DNA of 64,000 bases from Candidatus Wirthbacteria bacterium (GCA_903889905.1 CAISZI010000048.1:5881-69880); one strand, 5' to 3'. Counted from the first letter of the stretch, positions 8,938 through 18,882 are shown. Numbers and translations: made by a program. The notes: a model not told the origin generated them from the sequence alone.

Positions 8938-11900
8938 TCATTCCGCAAACGGACAAATTTGCCTAAATGGGCACTGTCCACAGACGAACTTTGAGGCTGT
9001 CGGTGCGAAATCACTGTGGGAAATCTTGGCACAGGCTTGTTCCAGTTTCGACGTCATCACTTCAAGCTGCGCAGGAGAACGGCTGGCTGAAGCGCGTTGG
9101 CCGCTTTCCAGGAAGTAAAGGGTAAAAGTATTGACGGGCAGATGAAACGCGTCGCGAGCAGCCAAAGCATAAATCGAGAGCTGTTCGTCTTTGACGACAC
9201 GCTTTTCCAAATCTTCGGGTGAAATTTTGCCGGTTTTGTAATCAATTAGCTCGTAAGTGCCATCCAACAGTTTATCGATACGATCAATATAACCGGTGAT
9301 GGTGAATGACCCAAGGTGAAGCTTGAAATTTTCTTCCAGTTTGGCGGCTGGCGCAAAGGTGCTGGCATTGTCCTGATAAAAACGGTGCAACACAGTTTTG
9401 CCACGCTCGTACTGAAGTTGCACTTCCTCGGAACTGTCGTAGCCATCGCGCTGCCAGTGGCGTTCAAACAGCATCATCAAGGCAGATTCGGACTGGTCGC
9501 GACCTTCGGCAAGTCCAGTATAAAAATCCTTGAGCGTGCGGTGGATCACCTGGCCAAACACCGAAGAACCGCTCGTGGGCACGGGAATGCGGTAGACGTA
9601 CTGGTATTTGTACCGCAGCGGGCATTTATCAAACGTCTCGATCTGCGAATAGCTGAAATCACGCGGCAGATACGGCTTGAGGTCAAACACACCTTCGGTC
9701 GTTGGTGGAATTGCGACGGTTTCGGTTTGCAGAGGAAATTTGAGTTCGATTTTTTCACCCAAAGCTTCGGCTATAAATTGCGATGGTTTGTTGACACGTA
9801 CGCCGCCATAGTTGTCGCCGTAGCAGAAAAAAAGACGTTTGCGGGCACGGGTTACGGCCACATAAAAAAGTCGTCGTTCTTCTTCTTTGTGTTCGTCGCC
9901 TTCGGGCAGCTTCTCCTTGATCAACGGCAGGGGCATCTCGATCGTTTCGCCCATATTACGCGTCGGGAAGCGCTGCTGCACCAGATTGACCACAAACACA
10001 TGGTCAAACTCGAGCCCCTTGGAAGCGTGCACGGTCATCAGGTTAACACCGTCCGCGCTGCTGTCGACCTCGGCGGTTGCCGGATTGTCGCCGGCCTCGA
10101 TCATCAGGTCGAGGTAGTCGACAAAGCCTGGCACAGTGCGGTTGTCGGCTTCGGTCAGATATTTCTTGATGCGCTCAAAGAATTTATTGATATTGAGGAT
10201 TTTGGTTGTGTTTTCCAAATTTTCGTCAGCAGCCAAGTCCTCCAGCAGTTTGATGGCATGCACGAAGTTGAGCAGAATCCGGCCCGGGTTTTCGTCCAGA
10301 ATTTTGGCACGTTCGGTCTCGATCATGTCGCGCAGCCAGAGGATTTGCGTCTTGCTGGTTGCGTCGGGCAAATTGACCTGGTCAAGGTTAAACAATGATT
10401 CCCACAGGCTGAAATTCTGCGCTTTAGAAAATTTCAGCAATTGTAAAACCGCTTCACTATTCACGCCAATCTGTTTGATGCAAAGTAGACGGAACAGCTG
10501 TAAACCGTCCATCGGGTCGGTCAGCACTTTGAGGTAGGCAATCAAATCCTTGATTTCATCTCGACTGAACAGGCCACGACTGCCGACAAGCTTAAAGGGA
10601 ATGCCGTGGTAACGCAGCGTTTGGATGAACGGTTCGAGGTGGCTGTTGGCGCGTGCCAAAATGACAAAATCACTCCACTTGGGTTCGCTCTCGTGCGTCA
10701 CTTGTTCGCTCTCCACATCAGGCTCGGCAAGCAATGCGTCAAAGCCCATCTGGCCGCGTTCCGATTCCACGTCCTGCTCCGAAATGCCACCCTTGAGATC
10801 CAAAATCGTGCGCGCCACGAGTTCGGTTTCTTCCTCCAGCGTGGTCATGTGGATCACGTCAGGTGAAGCCCCCATGCCTTTGTGGCCGATCAGCTTTTTG
10901 TTGATGTTGGCTTTGACCTCGAGCCGGTCTGGGTTGTTTTCCTGAATCCCACGGTAAGCGGCGTCCAGGATGTTTTGGGTGGAACGGTAGTTGTCGGTGA
11001 GCACCACCACCTTGGCCTCCGGGAAATCCTCTTGAAACTGCAAAATGTTACTCACCGCGGCGCCACGGAAACGGTAAATCGACTGGTCATCGTCACCCAC
11101 CACAAAGAGATTTTTATGCTCACCGGCGAGCAGTTTCACCAGTTCATTTTGGGCAAAATTGGTGTCCTGGAATTCGTCCACCAGCACGTATTTGAACTTG
11201 CGGCGATAACGCTCCAGGACGCTGCTACGAGATTTAAGAATGTTTAAAGCATGCAAAATCAAATCCCCGAAATCCAGCCGTGTTTCTTTGGGATTGCCAA
11301 CCAGTAATTCCTGGTATTTGAGGTAAGCCTTGGCCACTTCAAAAGTTTTGAGTGCGTCTTCGTGAGTCGCTTTGGGTTCGTCACCCAGCCGTTGCCAGAA
11401 TTCAAAGAGTGGTTTGGCCAGATCAAGTGCTGCGGTGGACTGCACGAGACCAACGGTTTTGAGTCCGTCCCACGCCAGATTGAGGTAATCCTGCGGCGAG
11501 ACGATTTCGTCTTTGGCGCGACTGAAGTGCGTCAGCAGCGCGTCGATGAATTTGACAGGATTGCCAAGTGGCCGGAAGTAGTGCAGATCAAACTGGTACA
11601 AATGGCGTTTCATCAGCAGCCACTGCTCGGCTTTGGTGAGCAGCTGATAATCGGTATTGATCCCGGCGTCAATACCACTCTCGCGCAGAAGGCGGTCGCA
11701 AAAAGCGTGAAAAGTGGAAATCTGGATTTCCTCGTACCCCAGCGGCATCATTTCATCGACGCGGTTGAGCATTTCGGCCGATGCTTTTTCGGTAAACGTG
11801 AGCGCCAGGATTTCACTGGGTTTGGCGAGCCCATCCAAAATCAGTCGTACAATCCGGTGCGTTATCACCCGCGTCTTGCCCGTACCCGCGCCCGCCACCA

Positions 11901-11976
11901 CCAGCATCGGCCCGGCCTCGTGCATGACGGCCTGACGCTGAGCTGGATTGAGGATGGAATGAAGATCCATGAGCAT
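8938..11976 (-). CDS. UvrD/PcrA-family superfamily-1 helicase fused to a C-terminal PD-(D/E)XK, Cas4/RecB-like Fe-S nuclease domain (AddA/AdnB-like single polypeptide)
   Basis: Walker A AGAGTGKT, motif II VDEFQDTN. The C-terminus has C..(DYKTGK)..CGQCPFRQIC, a C-X2-C-X5-C cluster. 1012 aa. Confidence 0.8.
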   Translation of the reverse strand: MLMDLHSILNPAQRQAVMHEAGPMLVVAGAGTGKTRVITHRIVRLILDGLAKPSEILALTFTEKASAEMLNRVDEMMPLGYEEIQISTFHAFCDRLLRESGIDAGINTDYQLLTKAEQWLLMKRHLYQFDLHYFRPLGNPVKFIDALLTHFSRAKDEIVSPQDYLNLAWDGLKTVGLVQSTAALDLAKPLFEFWQRLGDEPKATHEDALKTFEVAKAYLKYQELLVGNPKETRLDFGDLILHALNILKSRSSVLERYRRKFKYVLVDEFQDTNFAQNELVKLLAGEHKNLFVVGDDDQSIYRFRGAAVSNILQFQEDFPEAKVVVLTDNYRSTQNILDAAYRGIQENNPDRLEVKANINKKLIGHKGMGASPDVIHMTTLEEETELVARTILDLKGGISEQDVESERGQMGFDALLAEPDVESEQVTHESEPKWSDFVILARANSHLEPFIQTLRYHGIPFKLVGSRGLFSRDEIKDLIAYLKVLTDPMDGLQLFRLLCIKQIGVNSEAVLQLLKFSKAQNFSLWESLFNLDQVNLPDATSKTQILWLRDMIETERAKILDENPGRILLNFVHAIKLLEDLAADENLENTTKILNINKFFERIKKYLTEADNRTVPGFVDYLDLMIEAGDNPATAEVDSSADGVNLMTVHASKGLEFDHVFVVNLVQQRFPTRNMGETIEMPLPLIKEKLPEGDEHKEEERRLFYVAVTRARKRLFFCYGDNYGGVRVNKPSQFIAEALGEKIELKFPLQTETVAIPPTTEGVFDLKPYLPRDFSYSQIETFDKCPLRYKYQYVYRIPVPTSGSSVFGQVIHRTLKDFYTGLAEGRDQSESALMMLFERHWQRDGYDSSEEVQLQYERGKTVLHRFYQDNASTFAPAAKLEENFKLHLGSFTITGYIDRIDKLLDGTYELIDYKTGKISPEDLEKRVVKDEQLSIYALAARDAFHLPVNTFTLYFLESGQRASASRSPAQLEVMTSKLEQACAKISHSDFAPTASKFVCGQCPFRQICPFAE

Positions 11977-11988
11977 GCCTTAAGAAAG

Positions 11989-12563
11989 CCCCCTGCGCCC
12001 CCTTTGCAAGGGGGTATGAGGTGCACAAATTAATTCCTACCCCCTTGTAAAGGCCTTAGTCCCCTTGTGGGGGGGTGCAGGGGGATTCTCTACCAATCCC
12101 CGCTGTCTCAAAACGCTTTCAACTTCCCTAATAACACCATCCAGATTCTCAAATATTTCAACATTTGTAAATCTCAAAACTATCAGACCAAACCCCTCCA
12201 GAAACCCAGAACGTTCAAGATCGTATTCTTTTCCTTCAACGGAAAAATGACGATCACCATCGATCTCGATTACCAACCCATATTTATGGCAATAAAAATC
12301 AACAATATAGTTTCCAATTGGCTTCTGACGATTGAATTTTGCTTCTTGAAACCAGGGCATTTCTTTTAATGCGTACCAGAATATCTTTTCGGCTTGAGTC
12401 ATTTGCGCCCGTAAATCTCTTGACCGGGTGTTCAACTCTTTATTATATGGCAAGTGGCGTGGGTATTGTTTCATCATATCACTCCCAAATCCCCGTACCC
12501 CCTTTGTAAGAATAAACTATCCCTTTTCTTCTCCTACCCCCTTGCAAAGGGGGCGCAGGGGGA
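11989..12563. mobile_element. miniature element carrying a DUF559 endonuclease gene, bounded by 28-bp perfect inverted repeats
   Basis: ccccctgcgccccctttgcaagggggta at 11989-12016 has its exact reverse complement at 12536-12563. Extra partial copies (tgcagggggattc at 12077-12089, acccccttgtaaagg at 12038-12052) lie inside. Confidence 0.45.
12037..12477 (-). CDS. DUF559 (Vsr-like very-short-patch-repair-type) endonuclease domain protein
   Basis: 146 aa with ..YIVDFYC..LVIEIDGDRHF..D..R.., typical of the DUF559/Vsr fold. Confidence 0.75.
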   Translation of the reverse strand: MMKQYPRHLPYNKELNTRSRDLRAQMTQAEKIFWYALKEMPWFQEAKFNRQKPIGNYIVDFYCHKYGLVIEIDGDRHFSVEGKEYDLERSGFLEGFGLIVLRFTNVEIFENLDGVIREVESVLRQRGLVENPPAPPHKGTKAFTRG

Positions 12564-12594
12564 TTCGCATTTATCTCACGCAGCGGGATTCCCT

Positions 12595-14757
12595 TCACCT
12601 CTTCAACTCTATCCAATTCACCTCACCATGCTCCTTGGCAAACGCTTTCATTTCTGCGCGCACCGAGTGGCGGGCAGTGAAATAAATCAGCTGGCGATCC
12701 TGGCCAAGTTCATAAACCAATTTGAGGGCTTCCAGGTAGCGTTCTTCGTCAAAATTGACAAATGGATCATCCAGAATCAACGGCAATTTTTCGTTCTGGC
12801 TCATCAGGTCGGCGGCGGCAATGCGCAGCGAAAAATAGAGTTGGTCAGCAGCCCCGGCGCTGAGCTGATCCGGATGCGCGCTGACGATTTTGTCCACTGG
12901 CAAACGAATTTCGGGCCAGTGGTCGGTGAGTTGAATACGGGGGTAGCGGCCTGTCGTAATCCGTTTAAAATACTCAGACGACAGCGTCTCCAGTTTGGGC
13001 AAAAATTCCGCACGGTAGCTGGTCACAATTTGTTCCAGCGTTTCAATGGCGAGCAAAACGGCTTGATGACGAACGGTCAGTATTTTGATTTCATTGTCCA
13101 GATATTCCACCCGGCTCTGCAGTCCAGGGACATCGGCGGACATCAGTTTCATCTGGCCCAAACGTCCTTCGGCCAGGCTCAAGTTGTGTTCGGCAGCAGG
13201 CAAAGTAACGTGCAACGCTTCCAGTTCTTTGGTCCAGCGGTGGATTTCTTCGGCTGACGGCTCAAACCCTTTGAACGCTTCCAGCTGTTTGCGCAGCCCT
13301 TCACCCTCAAAGGCAATCGTTTCCAACTGTTTTTCCATCGCCTTCTGATCGGTTTCTTCCGTATACAACTTTAAGGCATGCTCTTCTTTTTCCATTTCCG
13401 CCTTCTTGCTCTGGTATTCGGCAAAAAGTGGTTCCAATCGATCTGGTTCATCCAGCAATTTGGGTTCCAAATCAACCGTACTCAGCGATTTGGTCATAAC
13501 CAATCGCTTCTGTTCAATTTCCGCTTCAATTTGCAGCAGTCGCTCACTTTTGAGTTCCTGATGCACACCCGACTGTTGTCGCCGCTGCTGCAAAATCGTG
13601 AGCGCAAGCCAACCAAACCCAGCCAAGGAAATCAGCCCAAACCATGGAAATTTCAACATGACAGCAGCCCCCACTCCCGCCATCACCATTACCGCAGAAA
13701 TCGCCAGCGTGGCGCGTTTGAGAACGACCTGTTTGTTCTGGACCAGCACCAGCGTGTGCTTGTGTTCTTCGTCCATGCGTTCCATCTCAAGCTGCTTCTT
13801 TTGTGCCAAGCCAGCAAGTTCCTGCACCCCACGTCGCAGGATGTCGATCTCGCCTGGATGTTCCGCCAGTTTCGCAAATCCGGCAAACGCTTTCGCCGCC
13901 AAATCGAAACGCGTTCTGATCTCCATCGTTTTTTTTAATTTGTTGTTCAAATTCCGATATTCTTCCTGTTTGGCGCGATAGGTGGTTTCTGACTTTTGTT
14001 TATTGTCAGCTTTTTGCGTCATTTCTTCCAGTTCCTTAAGCCGGGCTTTTTGCTTGGGCACGTCGACGCTTAAGGTTTTGAGCTGTGCGGTCAGGCGTTC
14101 ACGTTCATCCGCCTGACTTGTGGCTGTTTGCAGGTCAGTTCTCGCCTTTTGCACATCCAACTCGAGCTGATCAATGCGGCCTGGTTTTTCATTACGTTGT
14201 TTGCGCAAATTTTTGCGAAAATTATTCAGCCGCTCCAAAACACCTTCAGCCGAGACCCGATTTTCGCCGCTGAGGATGCTTTCGATCGTTTCCCCGATTT
14301 GCTTGAGCTCATCCATACCCGTCATGTCGCCCTGCTGCACCGACAGCGTTTGGTTAAAAATCGCTGCCGTGGGAATACGGATCGCCCTGGCAATCCACTT
14401 GTCGATATTTTTGGCGTCGTTGCTGATCTGGCGGGTCGTGCCATCCACCAGAATTTCCCGCAGTTCCAGCTCGCCTTTGTCGATATCGCGCACCAACGTG
14501 TAGTCACGGTTTTCCAACGTGAAATTCAGTTTCAGGCTGCATTCCCCATCACCCACCCAATGCCGTGCATCCGCTTTGCTTTTGAGCAGTTTGTCCGCTT
14601 TGCTGCCCACGCCATACAGGCAGGTCACAATCGCCTGGTGTAAACTCGTTTTGCCGGTTTCGTTCGGCCCCACCACCACGTTGAGTTTGGGTCCAAAATC
14701 GAACGTATGGCTCAGATATTTTTTAAACCCTTTGAGTTCTAAGTGCTGAAGTCGCAT
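12595..14757 (-). CDS. SbcC/Rad50-like AAA ATPase with central transmembrane hairpin (YhaN/SbcE-type)
   Basis: P-loop GPNETGKTS, long coiled coils, two central TM helices (..AISAVMVMAGVGAAV.. / ..ISLAGFGWLALTIL..), C-terminal LILDDPFVNFDE. Start taken at M10 (MRLQHLELKGF), with an AAGGAA Shine-Dalgarno upstream. Confidence 0.75.
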   Translation of the reverse strand: MRLQHLELKGFKKYLSHTFDFGPKLNVVVGPNETGKTSLHQAIVTCLYGVGSKADKLLKSKADARHWVGDGECSLKLNFTLENRDYTLVRDIDKGELELREILVDGTTRQISNDAKNIDKWIARAIRIPTAAIFNQTLSVQQGDMTGMDELKQIGETIESILSGENRVSAEGVLERLNNFRKNLRKQRNEKPGRIDQLELDVQKARTDLQTATSQADERERLTAQLKTLSVDVPKQKARLKELEEMTQKADNKQKSETTYRAKQEEYRNLNNKLKKTMEIRTRFDLAAKAFAGFAKLAEHPGEIDILRRGVQELAGLAQKKQLEMERMDEEHKHTLVLVQNKQVVLKRATLAISAVMVMAGVGAAVMLKFPWFGLISLAGFGWLALTILQQRRQQSGVHQELKSERLLQIEAEIEQKRLVMTKSLSTVDLEPKLLDEPDRLEPLFAEYQSKKAEMEKEEHALKLYTEETDQKAMEKQLETIAFEGEGLRKQLEAFKGFEPSAEEIHRWTKELEALHVTLPAAEHNLSLAEGRLGQMKLMSADVPGLQSRVEYLDNEIKILTVRHQAVLLAIETLEQIVTSYRAEFLPKLETLSSEYFKRITTGRYPRIQLTDHWPEIRLPVDKIVSAHPDQLSAGAADQLYFSLRIAAADLMSQNEKLPLILDDPFVNFDEERYLEALKLVYELGQDRQLIYFTARHSVRAEMKAFAKEHGEVNWIELKR

Positions 14758-14770
14758 GCGTGGTTCCTTA

Positions 14771-15892
14771 TTATTTGTCGTCAAAAGCAGAAAGCCCGAG
14801 CGCCAAAGCCTGCTTGATCACAGCCTGGGTTTCAGGTGATGCACTGGTTGCCAGTTTGGCCTGCATGGCTTTGTAAAACAGCCCTTTGTAGGTATCTGAC
14901 TCAGCCAGTGTACTATCGGGGATGCCAACCGTTTTATCGCTCAAACTGAAAAAAGCAAAGGAATGCCGGTAAATCTGTTCCAGTTTGGACAAATGTTCAA
15001 AAACTTCCAAACTGGGAATTCCTGTCAGTTCAAGCTGCAACAAAACATGACTGCCCGCCAGTGCTGCCACTTGCTGATCCAGACCGGCCAGACTGAGCGC
15101 ACCGACATCCAGTGCCAACGCCTTGACCTCCAGACTGGGTATCGCAATCGGTGTGATTTCCACAATGCCATCGCTTTTGATTGTGCCCAGGATCGCCTGC
15201 CGCTGACCCAGTTCACTTTTGCTGAAATCCAGCCCTTCGATGTCGCCGGGATAATAAGCTTTTTGTTGTGGCAAATCCATCACCGCCTTATACCCGTGGT
15301 AATGTCCAAGAGCGATGTAATTAAACGGCAGTTTGGGCAAATCGTCGCTGGTAAATGGAAAATTTTTGTCATTGGTTTCACCAAAATTTTGCCACGCACC
15401 ATGAAAAAGCAGCACGCTGCGCTCCGTCTGGAGATCGGCATGAAAATCCTTGAGTAGATTGCGGTTGCTCAAGTTACGGTCAAAGCCGATGCCCACCACC
15501 GTCAAGTCCAGATCATCCAGCCGCAAAGCCTCAAAATTGTTTTCCACGTAGAGCTTCTCCAGCGGCCACGTCGCCATCTGCTCCCACAAACCGCCTTCTT
15601 CGCTCGGGTCATGGTTGCCAGGAATGATGAATGTACGAATCTTGTGGTCATTGAGCCGCTGCAGCTGCGTTTTGACAAAATTCATCAGATCCTGCGGCGG
15701 ACGGTGGCCTTCAAACAAATCCCCGGCAATCAAAAAAAGCTGCACCTTGTCCTGGATCGCCTTGTCCACCAAAAAAGCAAACGCTTCCCGCTGGCTCTGC
15801 TGCTTGCGGGCAGCCACATCAGGCGGGAAATTCTTGAACGGCGTCCCAAAATGGATATCAGCCGTGTGCATAAAACGGACTTCCTTGGACAT
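14771..15892 (-). CDS. SbcD/Mre11-like metallophosphoesterase nuclease (YhaO/SbcF-type)
   Basis: Calcineurin-like motifs HTADIHFG, IAGDLFEG, IPGNHD. Confidence 0.8.
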   Translation of the reverse strand: MSKEVRFMHTADIHFGTPFKNFPPDVAARKQQSQREAFAFLVDKAIQDKVQLFLIAGDLFEGHRPPQDLMNFVKTQLQRLNDHKIRTFIIPGNHDPSEEGGLWEQMATWPLEKLYVENNFEALRLDDLDLTVVGIGFDRNLSNRNLLKDFHADLQTERSVLLFHGAWQNFGETNDKNFPFTSDDLPKLPFNYIALGHYHGYKAVMDLPQQKAYYPGDIEGLDFSKSELGQRQAILGTIKSDGIVEITPIAIPSLEVKALALDVGALSLAGLDQQVAALAGSHVLLQLELTGIPSLEVFEHLSKLEQIYRHSFAFFSLSDKTVGIPDSTLAESDTYKGLFYKAMQAKLATSASPETQAVIKQALALGLSAFDDK

Positions 15893-15984
15893 AGCTTATC
15901 GCCTCATCATCTGTATTTAAACGTCAGCAGCATCGAGCCGAACTTTTGTCATTATAGCCGCAACTTTAGGCCAGATGAAGGGGT

Positions 15985-16013
15985 TTGCAAAAAAAACCTT
16001 TTTCACATACAAT
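15985..16013 (+). promoter_or_regulatory. candidate sigma70 promoter for ppsA (TTGCAA-17 nt-TACAAT)
   Basis: Hexamers at 15985-15990 and 16008-16013. A strong Shine-Dalgarno (AAAGGAG) precedes the ATG at 16161. Confidence 0.3.
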
Positions 16014-16160
16014 AATATGATGCGTCCAAAACGAAAGGTTGGGCGAGCAAATGACTATCGCCAAACTAAACTAAATTTGGTACCTTTAATCTAATCTGGT
16101 TTAACTCATTTCAATCTTATTTAAATAAAAAGTTCATCAAACCAAAAAGGAGAAAGAAAA

Positions 16161-18869
16161 ATGCCCAAGAATTGTGTGTGGTTTGCCGAAGTCAACCGCA
16201 AAGACCTTGGTCTGGTTGGCGGCAAAGGCGGCAACTTAGGCGAAATGATCCAGGCCGGATTACCGATTCCGGATGGGTTTATCGTCACCAGTGAAGCCTA
16301 CTATTCCTTCCTCGAGGAAAGCGGCATCAAAGCCCAGATGGTGGAAGCGCTCAAGGACCTGAATTCCAATGACTCCAACCGCCTCAAGGAAGTGTCCAAC
16401 ATTATCAAAAAACTCATCGCCGATTCTGCCATGCCTGCGGCAATCCAGGCTGACATTGTCACCTGTTATGCCAAGGTCTGTGGCACCGATCCCGAAACTT
16501 TCGTCGCTGTGCGCAGCTCCGCGACCGCCGAAGACCTGCCTGGCGCCAGCTTTGCCGGACAACAGGCTACTTTCCTCAACGTGCATGGTGCTGCCGGTGT
16601 CGTGGGTGCGGTGCAACGCTGCTGGGCTTCACTGTTTGAGGCTCGCGCGATTTTCTACCGTGCCGACAAAGGTTTTGACCACATGAAAGTCGGTATTGCC
16701 GTGCCCGTGCAACGCATGGTGCAGTCGGTCAAATCCGGCATCATGTTCACCGTTGACCCGATCACCAATGATCGCACCAAACTTGTCATTGAAGCCGGTT
16801 TTGGACTCGGTGAAGCGGTGGTGAGCGGTTCCATTACCCCTGACCGTTACATTATCGACAAAGCGACCCTTACCATTGTTGACAAAGAAATCAACGAACA
16901 GGATTTCAAGATCATCCGCCGTCCCGGAATTATCCAAGCAGCGCCTCAACCCGTTGCCGCTCCAGTTGCCCCTGTGTTTGTTGCTCCACCCGCGCCTGTT
17001 GCTGCCTTTAGTGCAGCCCCGGTTACGGCGGTTTCTCCTGCTGGCACCGGCGTCGATCCTGCCAAATTTGTGATCAGCGAAGAAGAACTCAAAGCTGACC
17101 TCGAAGCAATCAAATCCAATATGTCAGCTCCATCGGCCGTACCCGCACCCAACGCCAATCAGACGCTTACTTTTTCTGGCGTCCGCAACCTGACCTTTTC
17201 CTTCAGCGGTGACGCAAACAGTCCAGCAGCGACAGCTGTTCCTACTTTTCAGCCCCTGATCAATGATTTTGGTGTCGAGGACCAGTACAACGTCAAAGTC
17301 ACATTGGGTGCTGGTGAACGTTCTGCCCAAAAACTGACTGACGAAGAAATCCTCAACCTCGCCAAAGTTGGTATTGCCATTGAAAATCATTATCAATATC
17401 CCCAGGACACCGAATGGGGCATGGAAAACGGCCAGGTCTATATTGTCCAGGCCCGCCCGATCACCACCCTCGAAGACAACGCTTCACTCAGCAAAATTCA
17501 TGCTGACGTGGCCGCCGAAGTCGCAGCCGCGCCCGGCAAGTCCCCCACCGTCATCCTCAAAGGTGGCGGAGCTTCTGTCGGTTCCGCCTCTGGCCCGGTC
17601 AAAATCATCCACAGCCCGAGCGAAATCGACCAGATCCTCAAAGGTGACATCCTGGTCACCGAAATGACCACACCGGACTATGTGCCGGCCATGAAACGCG
17701 CCGCCGCCATCATCACCGACACCGGTGGGCGTACCTGCCATGCCGCTATCGTCAGCCGCGAACTGGGTATTCCTTGCGTCGTGGGCACCAAAACTGCTAC
17801 CACTTCGCTCAAAATCGGCCAAATCGTTACCGTCAATGGTACGCATGGCCTGGTCTACGAAGGCGCCATTGTAACGGCCCAAAAAGCCGCCGAACAAGTG
17901 ATCACCGAAGTACACAACACGGTAAGCGCCCCGATTACGGCGACCAAGGTTTATGTTAATTTGGCTGAAAAAGAACTCGCTGCCAAAATCGCTGCCCGTG
18001 AAGTCGACGGTGTCGGTCTGCTCCGCGCCGAATTCATGATCGCTGACATTGGTGAACACCCCAAGAAAATGATCAAAGAAGGTCGTCAGGAAGAATTTAT
18101 CAGCAAACTGGCCGATGGCCTGCGCATGTTTGCCGAACCCTTTCATCCCCGGCCAGTCATTTATCGCGCCACTGACTTCAAGACCAATGAATATCGCAAC
18201 CTCAAAGGTGGCGAAGACTATGAAATGCACGAAGACAACCCCATGATCGGCTTCCGTGGCTGCTTCCGCTACATTTCGGACCCCGAAGTTTTCAACCTAG
18301 AATTGGAAGCCATCAAACGCGTCCGTCAGGAATTCGACAACCTGCACGTCATGATCCCCTTTGTGCGCACCATCGACGAGATGAAAGACGTGATCGCCCT
18401 CATGGAAAAAGCCGGCCTGCGCCGTACCAAGAATTTCAAGCTCTACATGATGGTGGAAGTGCCTTCCACAGTCTTCCTCATCGACAAATTCTGCGACCTG
18501 GGCATTGATGGCGTCTCGATCGGCTCCAACGACCTGACCCAGCTCATCCTCGGCGTCGACCGCGACAGCGAACTCTGTGCCAGTGAATTCGATGAACGCA
18601 ACGAAGCCGTGATGATGGCGCTCGAACGCCTGATCAAAGTCTGTAACGAAAAAGGTGTCGTCGCCTCGATCTGCGGACAGGCCCCGAGCGTCTATCCTGA
18701 AATCACCGAAAAACTCGTGGAATGGGGTATCAATTCTGTCTCCGTCTCCCCGGACATGATCGACACCACCCGCCACGTTATCGCGAGCGTCGAACGCAAG
18801 ATGATCCTCAAGAAACTGACCCTCGTCAATCGCGAGGAAGAAGAAGCGTTGAGCTACCTCCGCAAATAG
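16161..18869 (+). CDS. ppsA: phosphoenolpyruvate synthase (pyruvate, water dikinase) with about 110-aa Ala/Pro-rich insertion in the N-terminal ATP-grasp domain
   Basis: N-terminal PPDK/PEPS ATP-binding domain, phospho-His motif GGRTCHAAIVSRELGIPCVVG, C-terminal PEP-utilising TIM barrel. Confidence 0.85.
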   Translation: MPKNCVWFAEVNRKDLGLVGGKGGNLGEMIQAGLPIPDGFIVTSEAYYSFLEESGIKAQMVEALKDLNSNDSNRLKEVSNIIKKLIADSAMPAAIQADIVTCYAKVCGTDPETFVAVRSSATAEDLPGASFAGQQATFLNVHGAAGVVGAVQRCWASLFEARAIFYRADKGFDHMKVGIAVPVQRMVQSVKSGIMFTVDPITNDRTKLVIEAGFGLGEAVVSGSITPDRYIIDKATLTIVDKEINEQDFKIIRRPGIIQAAPQPVAAPVAPVFVAPPAPVAAFSAAPVTAVSPAGTGVDPAKFVISEEELKADLEAIKSNMSAPSAVPAPNANQTLTFSGVRNLTFSFSGDANSPAATAVPTFQPLINDFGVEDQYNVKVTLGAGERSAQKLTDEEILNLAKVGIAIENHYQYPQDTEWGMENGQVYIVQARPITTLEDNASLSKIHADVAAEVAAAPGKSPTVILKGGGASVGSASGPVKIIHSPSEIDQILKGDILVTEMTTPDYVPAMKRAAAIITDTGGRTCHAAIVSRELGIPCVVGTKTATTSLKIGQIVTVNGTHGLVYEGAIVTAQKAAEQVITEVHNTVSAPITATKVYVNLAEKELAAKIAAREVDGVGLLRAEFMIADIGEHPKKMIKEGRQEEFISKLADGLRMFAEPFHPRPVIYRATDFKTNEYRNLKGGEDYEMHEDNPMIGFRGCFRYISDPEVFNLELEAIKRVRQEFDNLHVMIPFVRTIDEMKDVIALMEKAGLRRTKNFKLYMMVEVPSTVFLIDKFCDLGIDGVSIGSNDLTQLILGVDRDSELCASEFDERNEAVMMALERLIKVCNEKGVVASICGQAPSVYPEITEKLVEWGINSVSVSPDMIDTTRHVIASVERKMILKKLTLVNREEEEALSYLRK

Positions 18870-18882
18870 ACCTGACCTGAAC

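Noticed and set aside
9316-10398. 360-aa plus-strand ORF inside the helicase-nuclease gene
   Set aside because: Antisense; low-complexity hydrophobic/charged composition; no recognisable domain.
12454-13257. 267-aa plus-strand ORF overlapping the DUF559-element repeat and the SbcC-like gene
   Set aside because: Antisense to the SbcC-like ATPase; its N-terminus is encoded by the palindromic repeat.
17484-18230. 248-aa minus-strand ORF (G/D/F-rich) inside ppsA
   Set aside because: Antisense to ppsA; typical GC-rich antisense artefact.
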